A stretch of 62,819 nt of DNA from assembly GCA_001515985.1 (NCBI GenBank), contig LOET01000112.1, forward strand, positions 1 through 62,819, written 5' to 3'. The position numbers and the translations under genes are program-made. Below the pieces are notes generated by a model, which searched no databases, had not been told where the DNA came from, and saw nothing but the letters and a program-made list of their open reading frames with translations. The stretch is from Sphingomonadales bacterium BRH_c3 (lineage in GTDB: Bacteria; Pseudomonadota; Alphaproteobacteria; Sphingomonadales; Sphingomonadaceae). Of this stretch, positions 9,132-19,754 are shown piece after piece (the stretch's first letter is position 1; each line of letters starts with the position of its first letter).

Positions 9132-9878
9132 TTGGATAAAAAGCTAGCTGGCAAGGTTGCCATCGTTACTGGAGCGGGGTCGGGGATGGGCAGGGCAACT
9201 GCCCGATTGTTGCACGCCCACGGTGCCCACATTGTCGCGACTGACGTGTCGGGCGGAGAAGCGGATACCGCTGCTGAACTTGCTAAAGGTGCCGCGGCTT
9301 TTCATGCCGACCTGTCGAGTGAGACGGACCTGGCGCGACTGGTAGACTTCGCGGTTTCCCAGTTTGGCGGGGTCGACATCCTTTGTAACGTCGGTGCGAC
9401 GACCAGCGCGAAGGAGGTGATGACCGAGGCGAAGGTGGAGGACTTCGACCGCATCGTGAGCATCAATATGCGCAGCGTCTTCTTGACGATGAAGTTCGCT
9501 ATTCCCCATATGATTGCACGGGGCGGAGGCTCGATCGTCAACGTGTCCTCGACTGCCGCGATTAGGGCCTGGCCCCGGATGACCGCCTACTCTGCCGCAA
9601 AGGCCGGATTGATCGCCATAACCCGGGTCGCGGCGGCGGAATTCGGGCCTCAGGGGATAAGGGCGAATGTCGTGGTGCCGGGCGCCACAGAGACACCGAT
9701 GCTTGTCGGGCAGTATCCAGAGGATCCGGGCAGGCTCGACTATCTGCGGGGATTGAATCCGCTGCGCCGACTTGGCCAACCAAGCGAACTGGCGTCTGCA
9801 ATCATGTTCTTCGCGAGCGACGATTCCTCCTACGTGACTGGAACGGTACTGCCGGTGGATGGCGGACAGAGCATGTGA
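9132..9878 (+). CDS. SDR-family oxidoreductase
   Basis: TGAGSGMG, NVSS, YSAAK, LPVDGG; TTG start after GGAG. Confidence 0.92.
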   Translation: MDKKLAGKVAIVTGAGSGMGRATARLLHAHGAHIVATDVSGGEADTAAELAKGAAAFHADLSSETDLARLVDFAVSQFGGVDILCNVGATTSAKEVMTEAKVEDFDRIVSINMRSVFLTMKFAIPHMIARGGGSIVNVSSTAAIRAWPRMTAYSAAKAGLIAITRVAAAEFGPQGIRANVVVPGATETPMLVGQYPEDPGRLDYLRGLNPLRRLGQPSELASAIMFFASDDSSYVTGTVLPVDGGQSM

Positions 9879-9924
9879 CCCCGGTGTGCGACATGCCCCG
9901 GTTCCGGGTTTCGGGACATTGCTT

Positions 9925-10290
9925 AGATATGCAATGAGCGCGCCAGTCACACTTGATGCGCTCAGGTTCAAGATGGTACTTGCGTCGCAGATGCAGATCT
10001 TTCTCCGCGACTTCAGGTGGATTCTGATTGGCTGGGTTTTTTTGGAATGGTTTTGGCATTGGCCAACCCATCTTCACCCTCGCGATCGTAGGCGCGCCTC
10101 CATCTGCAGAAGCTGGCCTGGGCAACGCCAAATTAGCGGCAGGTCTTAGCCAAATGTCCGGATTGCTCCGCGTGCTGCAGTACCCGCAGTTTGCGCTGCA
10201 CGTCGCGTCAGTCTTCTTCGATCATTCGCCCCCTCATTTCCATCACTGGTCACTGACGATAGGTGGCTCATGAGTTCCTCCATATCTACA
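9925..10290 (-). mobile_element. IS481-family remnant: terminal end plus decayed transposase N-terminus
   Basis: End TGTAGATATGG at 10290. Minus-strand reading MIEED*RDVQRKLRVLQHAEQSGHLAKTCR*FGVAQASFCRWRRAYDREGEDGL...HLRRKYHL with stops and frameshifts. Confidence 0.75.
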
Positions 10291-10385
10291 GTCGGTGGCG
10301 GTGGCGCCCCCGCAAGCAATGCACCAATTATGGACTCTATGGCGAGACGCGGATGTACGAGCTCGACCTGCGCTTCCGCTTCTGA
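10291..10385 (+). pseudogene. Last about 30 codons of a TonB-dependent receptor
   Basis: VGGGGAPASN(fs)TNYGLYGETRMYELDLRFRF* resembles the C-terminus of the intact receptor (LVGGAG...GVYGEPRMYGVDLRVEF*); abuts the IS481 end. Confidence 0.7.
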
Positions 10386-10569
10386 TCGAAACTCAACTGC
10401 GGTCGTGTCTTCGCGCCATTACCCTGCTGGCTCCAGCGGCTCGAGGCCTCTGGAACCAATCGTTATCCAGACGGAGGGGGGTGGCCATTGCTCCGCCGGA
10501 TCACACCCCCAGGCCTCAGGCGTTGAAATTCAGCCTCAGGCCTGGCCGGGGCCAGCGCGTCTTGAACAG

Positions 10570-11742
10570 CTTGCCGATCGCTCCTTTGCCATGCTACACA
10601 AGCTGTTCGAGCGTGAACGCGTTCGCGAAATGGCCGAACGGACTGTGGGCATCGCCTCGTTGGAAGGCTGGGTCGAGCGGGAAACTCTCAGCGGCCACAA
10701 GCTGTCCGTGCGGTGCTTTGGGGCGCGGACATTGCATATCGTTGCGGGCAATTCGCCGATGGTCTCGGCTTCGACCATCATCCGCAATGCAATCCTGCGA
10801 AGCGACGCCATCATCAAGGCACCATCGAACGATCCATTCACGGCCCTGGCGCTTGCGGAGACGATGTGCGATTTCGCGCCCGACCACCCGATCACGAAGC
10901 ACCTGACAGTTGCCTATTGGCGCGGCGGTGACGAGAAATTCGAGCAGCAGCTCTATAGCCCCGACAACATCGAGAAGATAGTAGCCTGGGGAGGTTTCGC
11001 GGCCCTGAAGCATGTAACGCGCTATATCCAGCCTGGGCTGGAACAGATTTCGCTCGACCCCAAGCTCAGCGCCACGATCATCGGATCGGAGGCTTTCACC
11101 AACCCGGAATCGATGCGGAATGCCGCGCAGCGCCTGGCCGTCGATATCGGAGCATTGAACCAGGTCGCCTGCGTGAACTCGCGTGTTTCCTACGTGATGA
11201 GCGGCACCGACGAAGCCGGGGTGGAGCGTCTAAAGGAGTTCGGCCAACTGGTCTACGACGCGATGGTCAAGCTACCACCACAGACCAGTACCACACCAAA
11301 GGCTTACGACCAGGGGCTCAAGGAGCAGGTCGATGCACTGCGCCTGTCTGATGACTGGTACACCGTGATCGGTGGCCAGCAGGGCGAAGGTGCGATCATC
11401 GTATCACACCTGCCGGAACCTGTCGATTTCGCCAACATGCTCAATGATCGCACTGGTAATCTCGTACCAGTCGATGCCATCGAGGGCTTCACCGGCGCGA
11501 TCAACTCCTACACACAGACGGTGGGTGTCTATCCCGAGTCCCTCAAGGACCAGCTGATCGACATCCTGCCGCTCTATGGCGCGCAGCGTATCGTTTCTCT
11601 TGGTTACGCCACTGCTTCGTTAATGGTCGGCCCCAACGAGGGAATCGAGCTGATTCGCCGCATGGGGAAATGGATCTCGAACGAGGTCGCCACTCCCGAC
11701 CGGGTCGCTCCGCCTTGGTCGCCCGAAGCGTTCCGCACTTGA
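10570..11742 (+). pseudogene. LuxC-like acyl-CoA reductase, 5'-truncated
   Basis: LHIVAGNSP, IIKAPSNDPFT, YWRGGD, VAWGG, NQVACVNSR, GAQRIVSLG. The first about 100 aa of ORF 10270 are IS/TBDR read-through and no native N-terminus is visible. Confidence 0.75.
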
Positions 11743-11766
11743 TTTTGATTAACAGGAAAAAGTTGC

Positions 11767-12723
11767 ATGACTGTCACCCATCCCACCCGCTTTGATCGGA
11801 CCTCAACAGCGCAGGAGGTCGCGGCCGGACATGACCTGCGCGGTAAGCTGGTGGTCCTAACCGGCCCCGCCGCGGGCATAGGACAGGAAACTGCCCGCGT
11901 GCTGGCCTTGACCGGCGCAGATCTGGTTTTGGGTGTTCGCAATCCCGCCGCGGCAAAGGAGCAATTTACTGACCTCCCCGGCGCGGATGCCCTGAACATT
12001 GTTCGACTTGACTTGATGGAAGAGCAGTCGGTCGACTCTTTTGCGGATGCGGTCCTGAATCTTGACCGTCCGGTTGATATCCTGATCAATAACGCCGGGA
12101 TAATGGCCTGTCCGCTCGCGCGCGACGCGCGCGGATTGGAATCGCAGTTTGCAACTAACTTCGTGGGCCATGCAATCCTGACTAGCCGCCTTGCCCCAGC
12201 ATTGCGTCGGTCGAGCTACGCCCGGCTAGTCAGCCTGAGCTCGATTGCCCACCAGCGAGCAGGAATCGAGTTTGACGACATCAGCTTCGAGCGTCGCGAA
12301 TACGATCCATGGATCGCCTACGGGCAGTCCAAGACGGCGTCCTGCCTGCTTGCGATACAGGCCCAGGCGGCATTGGGCGGCCCAGGCTTCGATGCCTTCG
12401 CAGTCCACCCTGGTGTCATTCCGGCAACCGGGCTGGTACGGTACATGACCAAGGAAGCCATTGCCGCCGCATTGGCTCGCTCCACCACACCCATTGAAAA
12501 TCACAAGACAGTTGAGACCGGCGCAGCGACGACAGTCTGGGCTGCCCTAGATTCGTCGCTAACGGGCAGGGGGCCACTTTATCTCGAGGACTGCGGCATT
12601 GCCGAAACCGTAACCGAGCAGAATGGGCGGTATGGCGTGATGGCCAATGCGATGGATCCCGCCATTGCCGAGCGGCTGTGGCACTGGACCGAAGAAAAGC
12701 TGGGTCGTGCGCTGCCGTTCTGA
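11767..12723 (+). CDS. SDR oxidoreductase (retinol dehydrogenase/WWOX-like)
   Basis: TGPAAGIG, INNAGIMA, QFATNFVGH, YGQSK, VHPG, GAATTVW, AERLW. Confidence 0.9.
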   Translation: MTVTHPTRFDRTSTAQEVAAGHDLRGKLVVLTGPAAGIGQETARVLALTGADLVLGVRNPAAAKEQFTDLPGADALNIVRLDLMEEQSVDSFADAVLNLDRPVDILINNAGIMACPLARDARGLESQFATNFVGHAILTSRLAPALRRSSYARLVSLSSIAHQRAGIEFDDISFERREYDPWIAYGQSKTASCLLAIQAQAALGGPGFDAFAVHPGVIPATGLVRYMTKEAIAAALARSTTPIENHKTVETGAATTVWAALDSSLTGRGPLYLEDCGIAETVTEQNGRYGVMANAMDPAIAERLWHWTEEKLGRALPF

Positions 12724-12792
12724 CCCCCCAATTGCGCAGGGCGTTCCAGTTCGGTGGGCAGATACTGAAATCCACAAAAGCACAGGCAGACA

Positions 12793-13995
12793 ATGAATCT
12801 CGAATTCACGCCCGAGGAGGAGTGCTTCCGCGAGGAAGTGCGAACCTTCATCGCAGAGAACTACCCGGTCGAACAGCGAGCCAAGCAGAATTCCAACGCT
12901 TCGCTGGAACGCGAGGATTACCTCTCTTGGCACAAGGTCCTTGCGAGGAAGGGGTGGGCTGCTCCCCACTGGCCGGTCGAGCATGGCGGAACCGACTGGA
13001 CCGCTACGAAGCGCTATATTTGGACCGAAGAAACTGCTCGCGCCGACTGTCGGCCCTTGTTGTCATTCGGCATCCAGATGCTCGCGCCGGTTATCTACAC
13101 TTTCGGAACCGAGGAACAGAAGCAACGCTTCCTGCCCGGCATCTACAACGGCGATGTCTGGTGGTGCCAGGGCTACTCGGAACCTGGCGCAGGTTCGGAT
13201 CTGGCCCGCCTCTCGACTCGTGCCGAACGAATTACGGATGAGGACGGCAAGGAATTCTATCTCGTCAATGGTCAGAAGACCTGGACCACTCTGGGGCAAT
13301 TCGCCGACTGGGGCTTCTTCCTGGTCAGGACCGATCCTGACGTGAAACCGCAGGCCGGGATCAGCTTTCTGCTGATCGACATGAAGAGCACCGGCGTTTC
13401 CGTGCGTCCGATCGTGACATTGGATGGCGGAGCAGAGATCAACGACGTGTTTCTTGACAACGTAAAGGTTCTGGTCCGGAACCGCATCCGTCACGAAAAT
13501 CAGGGATGGAACTGCGCAAAGGCCCTGCTTGTCCATTAGCGTGGCGACATTGCCGGGGTTGCGCGCTCGAAGCGACGTCTCAAGGAACTGCGCCAAATTG
13601 CCCGGACCACGCGATCCGATACCGGTGGACCGCTGATGGACGATGCGCAGTTTCCCCGAAAGCTGGCCGAGGTCGAGATCGAATTGAAGGCTCTGGCCTA
13701 CACGGAACTGCGCTGCCTTGCCGGTGACCAAAGTGCGGCTGGTGCCGGACCGGAGAGTTCCGTTCTTAAAGTCAGGGCGGCAGAAATCCAGCAGCGTACT
13801 CAGGAACTGACACTCGAGCCAGCGGGCCGCTATGGCTCCCCGTACCTGCGCAATGCCGGAGAGAATGCACTGGTTGGACCAGGCTTCGCGATCGGGGCAG
13901 CGGGCGGCTATTTCAACGGCAGAAAAACCTCGATCTACGGTGGTTCCAACGAAATTCAACGCAACATCATCGCGAAGGCGGTTCTCGGGCTTTGG
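12793..13995 (+). pseudogene. pimC: PimC-like acyl-CoA dehydrogenase large subunit with in-frame nonsense codon
   Basis: ORFs 12793..13539 and 13636.. share a frame; TAG at 13537 replaces E of H-E-R. The family C-terminus KAVLGL is followed by TGG instead of a stop. Confidence 0.85.
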
Positions 13996-14084
13996 GCGGG
14001 TCGGCGGTTTACCAACACTGTGCCCCCACGCGGCGTCTGGAAGAAAATATCCAGCTCCCGGTGGCGCAATCGAAGTAATTCTAC

Positions 14085-15227
14085 ATGGATTTCAATTTCA
14101 CCGATGGACAGACAATGCTGCGCGAAACGCTTGGGCGGTATCTCAGGAATACTTATTCTTTCGAACAGCGGCGCGTGTTCACGGCAGAAGAGCCGGGTCT
14201 GAACCCGTCTGTGTGGCGGGCCTTCGCCGAAGAGCTAGGCATTCTCGCGATGCCTTTCGCCGAGCAGTTCGGCGGCTTAGGCGGCGGCGCAATCGAGAAT
14301 ATGATCGTCATGGAGGAATTGGGCAAGGCGCTGGTCGTTGAACCTTACCTTGGCATCGTGGTCATCGCCGGCGGGTTCCTGAAGCATTCGGGCCATCCGC
14401 TGGCTGCCGACCACATCGGCGGGATCGTGAACGGCTCCGCAATCTTTGCGTTCGCCTATGCGGAACCGCAGGGACGCTACAATCTTGCTGATCTGCTTAC
14501 GACTGCGCGCAAGGACGGGGATTCGTGGGTGCTCAACGGACACAAGGCGGTGGTTATCGGCGCGCCGTGGGCCTCGCACCTGGTCGTGACGGCCCGCGCG
14601 TCGGGCTGCCAAAGTGACCGGTAAGGCATATCGGTCTTCATCGCCGAGAAGTCGGCGTGCGGGATTTCGACCAGAGATTTTCCGACCGTTGACGGTGGAC
14701 GCGCCTCTGAAGTCTACTTCGAGAACGTCCGGCTTCCGCAAGAAGCTATGGTCGGGATCGAAGGCGAAGCATTGCCATTGATCGAGCGCGTCGTGGACGA
14801 GGCGATTGCCGCGACCCGCGCCGAGGCTTGCGGCGTCATGCGTCAGCTGCTCGAAAGTACTCAGGCCTATACCAAGCAACGCAAGCAATTCGGTGTGCCG
14901 ATTTCAACGTTCCAGGTATTGCAGCACCGTATGGTCGACATGTTCATTCAGGTCGAACAGTCCACTTCGATGACCTATTTCGCCACCATGCGGCTGTCCG
15001 ACGATGCCGAGCGGGCGCGTGCTGTTTCCGGTGCCAAGGTCCAGATCGGCAAAGCCTACAAGTTCGTCGGTCAAAGCGCTGTCCAGTTGCATGGTGCCAT
15101 GGGGATTACCGATGAACTCGCGATTGGCCACTATTTCAAGCGCGCTACGTTGATCGAAAGCGCCTTCGGCTCGGTCGACTTTCATCTCGCCCGCTACGAG
15201 TCCGAAATGCTGTCAGTAGCAGAATAG
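14085..15227 (+). pseudogene. pimD: PimD-like acyl-CoA dehydrogenase small subunit with in-frame nonsense codon
   Basis: MDFNFTDGQ...AYAEPQGRY; TAA at 14622-14624, then in-frame GISVFIAEK...RKQFGVPISTFQVLQHR...QLHGAMGITDE. Confidence 0.85.
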
Positions 15228-15291
15228 GTCGAACAGCGGCTAAGCACCAAGTTCGTCGCCGAAGTGAATGGAGCCATAGTTGGCCGTCACT

Positions 15292-16074
15292 TCAGGCGGC
15301 TTCTGAAATTCCCCCTAGGAGGCCATTATCCTCAGAGTGCAGTGCGGCCACGAACTTGCCCAGCTCTTCGAGGATCAATTCTTGCTTAGCTTCAATCTGA
15401 TCGACCGAACCACCAACCGCCACAGCGATCGGCGATTTACCCACCAGATGGCGGACCGGCTTCGCAATGACGCCGACTCCTTCCAGCACCGTCCCGCTTG
15501 TCTTGGCGTAGCCCTGCCTACGCACCTGCTGTAGTTCGGCCAGCAATTCGATCGGATTCACCCGAAATTTGGGATCGCAGACCTCGTTGTTTGCACGGTG
15601 CACCAATCCGCGAACCACCTCATCCGGCTTTAGGCTGAGTAATGCCTTGCCAACGGCAGATACGGACAGTGGCCGGGTCATCCATGCCTGAACGTCGAAC
15701 TTTGTTGGCGATTGAGACTTGATAAACAGGATGTATTGGACATGGGCGCCATTCTGGATGCCTATGAAGGTAGTAAGGCCAACCTTCTGGAACAACTCAT
15801 TCAGCCGCAGTTCGAGTTGTCGTTCGTTAACATAGGCTTGGTGGATCCAGCTTCCGAGCAGCGCGATGCGGATTGTCGGAGTATAGGTGCGTGCATAGCG
15901 ATCCTGCTCGATATAACCTAGGGCGACTAAGTTTTGGACCAGCATGGTGACACTGGGTTGAGGTATCTCCAGGAACGCTGCGATCTCGCCGATGGTCAGC
16001 GGCCGCTGCTTCGCGGAGAATAACTCAAACAGCGCGATTGTCCGCTCGGCGGATTTTACCCTACGTATTGCCAT
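15292..16074 (-). CDS. IclR-family transcriptional regulator
   Basis: VKSAERTIALFE HTH, LVALGYI, SAVGKALL, VRRQGYA. Confidence 0.93.
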   Translation of the reverse strand: MAIRRVKSAERTIALFELFSAKQRPLTIGEIAAFLEIPQPSVTMLVQNLVALGYIEQDRYARTYTPTIRIALLGSWIHQAYVNERQLELRLNELFQKVGLTTFIGIQNGAHVQYILFIKSQSPTKFDVQAWMTRPLSVSAVGKALLSLKPDEVVRGLVHRANNEVCDPKFRVNPIELLAELQQVRRQGYAKTSGTVLEGVGVIAKPVRHLVGKSPIAVAVGGSVDQIEAKQELILEELGKFVAALHSEDNGLLGGISEAA

Positions 16075-16226
16075 CTCCGTCGCCCTTTCGTCTCTGGGAC
16101 CGTGGTGATTGCGTGACCCTCTTTTGAATGATGCGGCTGAGCCTGAGTCGATCAGCTACTCCTCTGATGGTGTTTTCGCTTGAACGGGTTTGTTCAGTCA
16201 ACACTGGGGGGCGATCGTTCAAGATC

Positions 16227-16240
16227 ATTGCATATGCGAT
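16227..16240. promoter_or_regulatory. Shared palindrome upstream of the IclR gene
   Basis: ATTGCATATGCGAT, 1 mismatch; a second weaker copy ATTTCGAATGTAAT at 16396-16409. Confidence 0.6.
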
Positions 16241-16651
16241 AGGCAAAGGCAACGCCTAACATTGCGGTGCCCGGTGGCGGTTTGCCCTTTGCAGTGAGGA
16301 TGGCGAACTTCCAAGAAGCCGCTGGCTCATCTCCGTCGTGACCAACCCATCCAGCCGCTTTTCGCAACGGCGCCAAACCCGCTGAGTCCCCGATTATTTC
16401 GAATGTAATGGCTGCTGCTTCAACCAATTAAGCCGGATGCAACCGGCAAGGAATCATCCTATTGTAGGGCGCGAGTAGTTGAGAACGCTGGGGTGCTTAA
16501 CAAAATAGTAAATTTCCGATTTGGCCGCTCTGATAATGAGCATATCAGGAAGGCATTTCGCCGATGGCGGGTGATCCGCGCTTAAGAAGGATCAGAAGAC
16601 TATGCCCGCCACGCAAAATTCCACTCAACATTTTAAGATAAAGGAGTTCCA

Positions 16652-17569
16652 GTGACAATTTCGAACCGTCCTGCCCGCCTGCGCCGTGTTCAGCTTTCGA
16701 CCCCCGGAAGCAGTGAAAAGATGTTGGCGAAGGCGGCGGCTTCTGCCGCAGATCATGTTTTTTGCGACCTTGAAGACGCGGTTGCGCCCAGCGCCAAGAT
16801 CGGCGCCCGCGATCTGATCGCGGATGCCCTCAATAATCTCGATTGGGGCAAGAAGACCCGTTGCGTTCGGATCAATGACGTGACAACGCCGTGGTGCCAC
16901 GATGACATCATTACTGTCGTAGAGAAGGCTGGTCGCAATATCGACACCATCATGCTGACCAAGCCCCGTAATGCGGCGGACGTGATGTTTCTCCATCACA
17001 TGCTGAGCCAGCTCGAGCAGAAGCTCGGCCTCGAACGCCAGATCGGCATCGAAGTGCTGATCGAGGAAGTTGAGGCTCTGCAGAATGTCGAAGAGATTGC
17101 GACCTGTTCGGGCCGGATGGAGTGCCTGATCTTCGGCATGGGCGACTATTCCGCGTCGCAGGGCATCGACACCCGCGCGATCGGTGAAGGCGGCGCCTAT
17201 CCCGGTGATATCTTCCACTATGCTCGTTTCCGCGTGACAATGGCTGCGCGTGCTGCGGGGATCGACGCCGTCGATGGTCCGTTCGGTAATTTCAAGAGCG
17301 AGGACGCCTATTGCGCGCAAGCCATCCAGGCTCGTTCGCTTGGAATGGTCGGCAAATGGGCGATTCACCCCGCACAGATCCCCTGGGCCCTCAATGTGTT
17401 CACGCCTGCACCTGACGCCATCGCGCATGCCCGGAAACTGGAAGCAGCTTACCAGGAAGCGGAAGCCATGGGGCTGGGTGCGGCGCAGGTTGATGGCGCC
17501 ATGATTGACGCCGCGACGGTCCGACTGGTGCGCAATACGCTGGTCAAGGCTGACCTGATCGGCATCTGA
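16652..17569 (+). CDS. CitE/HpcH-family CoA-ester lyase, malyl-CoA/beta-methylmalyl-CoA lyase (Mcl1)-like
   Basis: DLEDAVAP, LDWGKKTRCVRIN, FGMGDYSASQG, DGPFGNF, GMVGKWAIHP; AGGAG RBS. Confidence 0.88.
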   Translation: MTISNRPARLRRVQLSTPGSSEKMLAKAAASAADHVFCDLEDAVAPSAKIGARDLIADALNNLDWGKKTRCVRINDVTTPWCHDDIITVVEKAGRNIDTIMLTKPRNAADVMFLHHMLSQLEQKLGLERQIGIEVLIEEVEALQNVEEIATCSGRMECLIFGMGDYSASQGIDTRAIGEGGAYPGDIFHYARFRVTMAARAAGIDAVDGPFGNFKSEDAYCAQAIQARSLGMVGKWAIHPAQIPWALNVFTPAPDAIAHARKLEAAYQEAEAMGLGAAQVDGAMIDAATVRLVRNTLVKADLIGI

Positions 17570-17622
17570 GCGATGCTCGCTCCAAGCGGCGTCTGCGACG
17601 AAACCCCGAGAAGGAATTGAAT

Positions 17623-18783
17623 ATGGCCGATGCTTATATCGTCGATGCGGTGCGCACTGCTGGCGGTCGCCGACGGGGCAGGCTTGCGGGCATACATCCG
17701 GCCAAGCTTGCTGCACGGACGCTGGAAGCCCTGGTTGACCGCTCAAAGATCGACCCGCACGTAATCGAAGACGTCATCATGGGCTGCGTCACGCAGGCCG
17801 GAGAACAGGCACTTAATATCGGCCGCCATGCCATTCTTGAATCCAGTCTGCCGCAGAGCATTCCTGCCGTCAGCATCGACCGCCAGTGCGGATCATCGCA
17901 GCAGGCGATGCAGTTTGCTGCCCAAGCCGTGATGTCAGGTACCCAGGATGTGGTGATCGCGGCAGGCGTGGAGAACATGAGCCGCGCCGGACTGGGCCTC
18001 AGCCTACCGCCAGAGAGCGGCAATCCCCGTACGCCCGATGTGCTAGCGCGTTACAGGGTGGAGCGCTTCAGCCAGTTCGATGGTGCGGAAGCGATTGCGC
18101 GGAAAAGGGGGTTCGGCCGCGAGGAGCTCGACGCATTTGGACTGGAAAGCCATCGTCGCGCCGCAGCCGCCACTCTCGCCGGGGCGTTCAATGCCGAGAT
18201 CGTTCCGATTGAGATCGACCAGCCCGACGGGACGCGCGACCTGCACTCGCGCGACGAGGGCATCCGTTACGATTCGACAGCGGAATCGATGGCCGCGGTC
18301 CAGCCTCTCGCGCCCGGCGGCCTGATCACGGCTGCCACGTCCAGTCAGATTTGCGACGGCGCAAGCGCCGCGCTGATTGTTTCCGAGCAGGCGCTTAAGG
18401 ACTACGGGCTCGAGCCGTCGGCCAGGATTGTCAATCTCACAGTCACTGCGGGTGACCCGGTGATCATGTTGGAAGAGCCACTCTTCGCTACCGAAAGGGC
18501 CTTGAAGCGTGCCGGACTGCGACTGGATGACATTGATCTTTTCGAGGTCAACGAGGCTTTTGCATCGGTGCCCATGGCCTGGCTGCAGCACCTTGGTGCC
18601 GACCCTGCGAAGTTGAACGTCAACGGCGGCGCCATTGCGCTTGGCCATCCTTTGGGCGCGAGCGGCACAAAGTTGATGGCAACACTGATACATGCGTTGA
18701 ACGCGCGCGGTCAGCGCTACGGCTTGCAAGCGATGTGCGAAGGCGGTGGGATGGCCAACGTAACGATCATTGAACGGCTGTAA
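17623..18783 (+). CDS. Acetyl-CoA C-acyltransferase (thiolase)
   Basis: DRQCGSSQQA, EVNEAF, GHPLGASG, MCEGGG. Confidence 0.95.
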   Translation: MADAYIVDAVRTAGGRRRGRLAGIHPAKLAARTLEALVDRSKIDPHVIEDVIMGCVTQAGEQALNIGRHAILESSLPQSIPAVSIDRQCGSSQQAMQFAAQAVMSGTQDVVIAAGVENMSRAGLGLSLPPESGNPRTPDVLARYRVERFSQFDGAEAIARKRGFGREELDAFGLESHRRAAAATLAGAFNAEIVPIEIDQPDGTRDLHSRDEGIRYDSTAESMAAVQPLAPGGLITAATSSQICDGASAALIVSEQALKDYGLEPSARIVNLTVTAGDPVIMLEEPLFATERALKRAGLRLDDIDLFEVNEAFASVPMAWLQHLGADPAKLNVNGGAIALGHPLGASGTKLMATLIHALNARGQRYGLQAMCEGGGMANVTIIERL

Positions 18784-18902
18784 ATGGGCGCGGGACAATT
18801 TGCCCAGGCATTAAAGCATCCTCGACCGTCACTGGACGGGCCCGCATAGTGAGGCCTGAATGATTTCTGCGATCCTGGCGTGCGGCAAGAGTGGAGTTAG
18901 CG

Positions 18903-19703
18903 ATGAGTGAGATCATACTCGAAACACGCGATGGCGGAGCGATCGTCACGTTTAACCGACCGGAACTTAACAATCCGCTCAATCCCGAGATGCTGCTAGA
19001 GCTTGGCGACTTCATTTCGACGATCCAGACGGATCCGAATGTCCGCTATCTCGTTCTCCAGGGTGCAGGCAGCAATTTCAGTGCCGGTGGAGACATTGGC
19101 ACCTACGCAACGACTCTCGATCTGTCGGCCGCAGAACGCCGCAACTTTTTCGAGCGGCGGGTTACTGGCAATGCGGAATGCTTCTTGCGCCTGGAGAAAC
19201 TCACCATTCCGGTAATCGCGCTAGTCCGGGGGGCTGCTGCCGGTGCAGGGTTGAGTTTTCTGCTGGCATCCGATTTCGTTCTGGCCGCCGAAGATGCCTA
19301 TTTCCTTGTGGCCCAGCCAAGGATCGGGCTGCCATTGGACCTTTCGCTGTCGTACTACCTGCCGCGCGTCGTCGGTCCTAAGGTGGCGCGCCAACTGGCA
19401 TTTACAGGTGCGAAAGTGGACGCGACGCGGGCGCTGCAGCTTGGCATCTTCGATGAGATTTACCCTGCTGATCAGCTTGATACTGCGCTGGAGCGGCTGG
19501 TCAGATCATTCGCCGCAGTCGCGCCGCGGGCGTCCGGGCGGTCGAAAGTGCTGGTCAATAAAAGCGAGACCGCCAGTCTCTCCGAACAGATGGCAAATGA
19601 AGTCAGGGCGATCGGCGATTGCGTGACCGAACCTGATTTTCGCGAAGGGGTTGAGGCGTTTCTTCAGAAGCGGCGCAGTGTCTTCACTGGGCGTACTGCC
19701 TGA
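18903..19703 (+). CDS. Enoyl-CoA hydratase/isomerase (PaaG-like)
   Basis: FNRPELNN, FSAGGDI, GAAAGAG, IGLPLD (Asp), DFREGVEAFLQKR. Confidence 0.9.
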   Translation: MSEIILETRDGGAIVTFNRPELNNPLNPEMLLELGDFISTIQTDPNVRYLVLQGAGSNFSAGGDIGTYATTLDLSAAERRNFFERRVTGNAECFLRLEKLTIPVIALVRGAAAGAGLSFLLASDFVLAAEDAYFLVAQPRIGLPLDLSLSYYLPRVVGPKVARQLAFTGAKVDATRALQLGIFDEIYPADQLDTALERLVRSFAAVAPRASGRSKVLVNKSETASLSEQMANEVRAIGDCVTEPDFREGVEAFLQKRRSVFTGRTA

Positions 19704-19754
19704 TCAAGTCCGCAGCTTTGCACGATTCTATTGCCAGGATTGGACCAACAGCAA

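Noticed and set aside
10570-11742. Bioluminescence system
   Set aside because: No luxA, luxB, luxD or luxE in the window.
12793-15227. Stop-codon recoding or programmed readthrough
   Set aside because: The internal stops differ (TAG, TAA), all three stops end normal genes here, and neighbouring pseudogenes show ordinary decay.
16285-16365. Possible further IS6 left-end relic (GGATGGCGAACT followed by GTG)
   Set aside because: The terminal IR itself is not recognisable; the match is too short.
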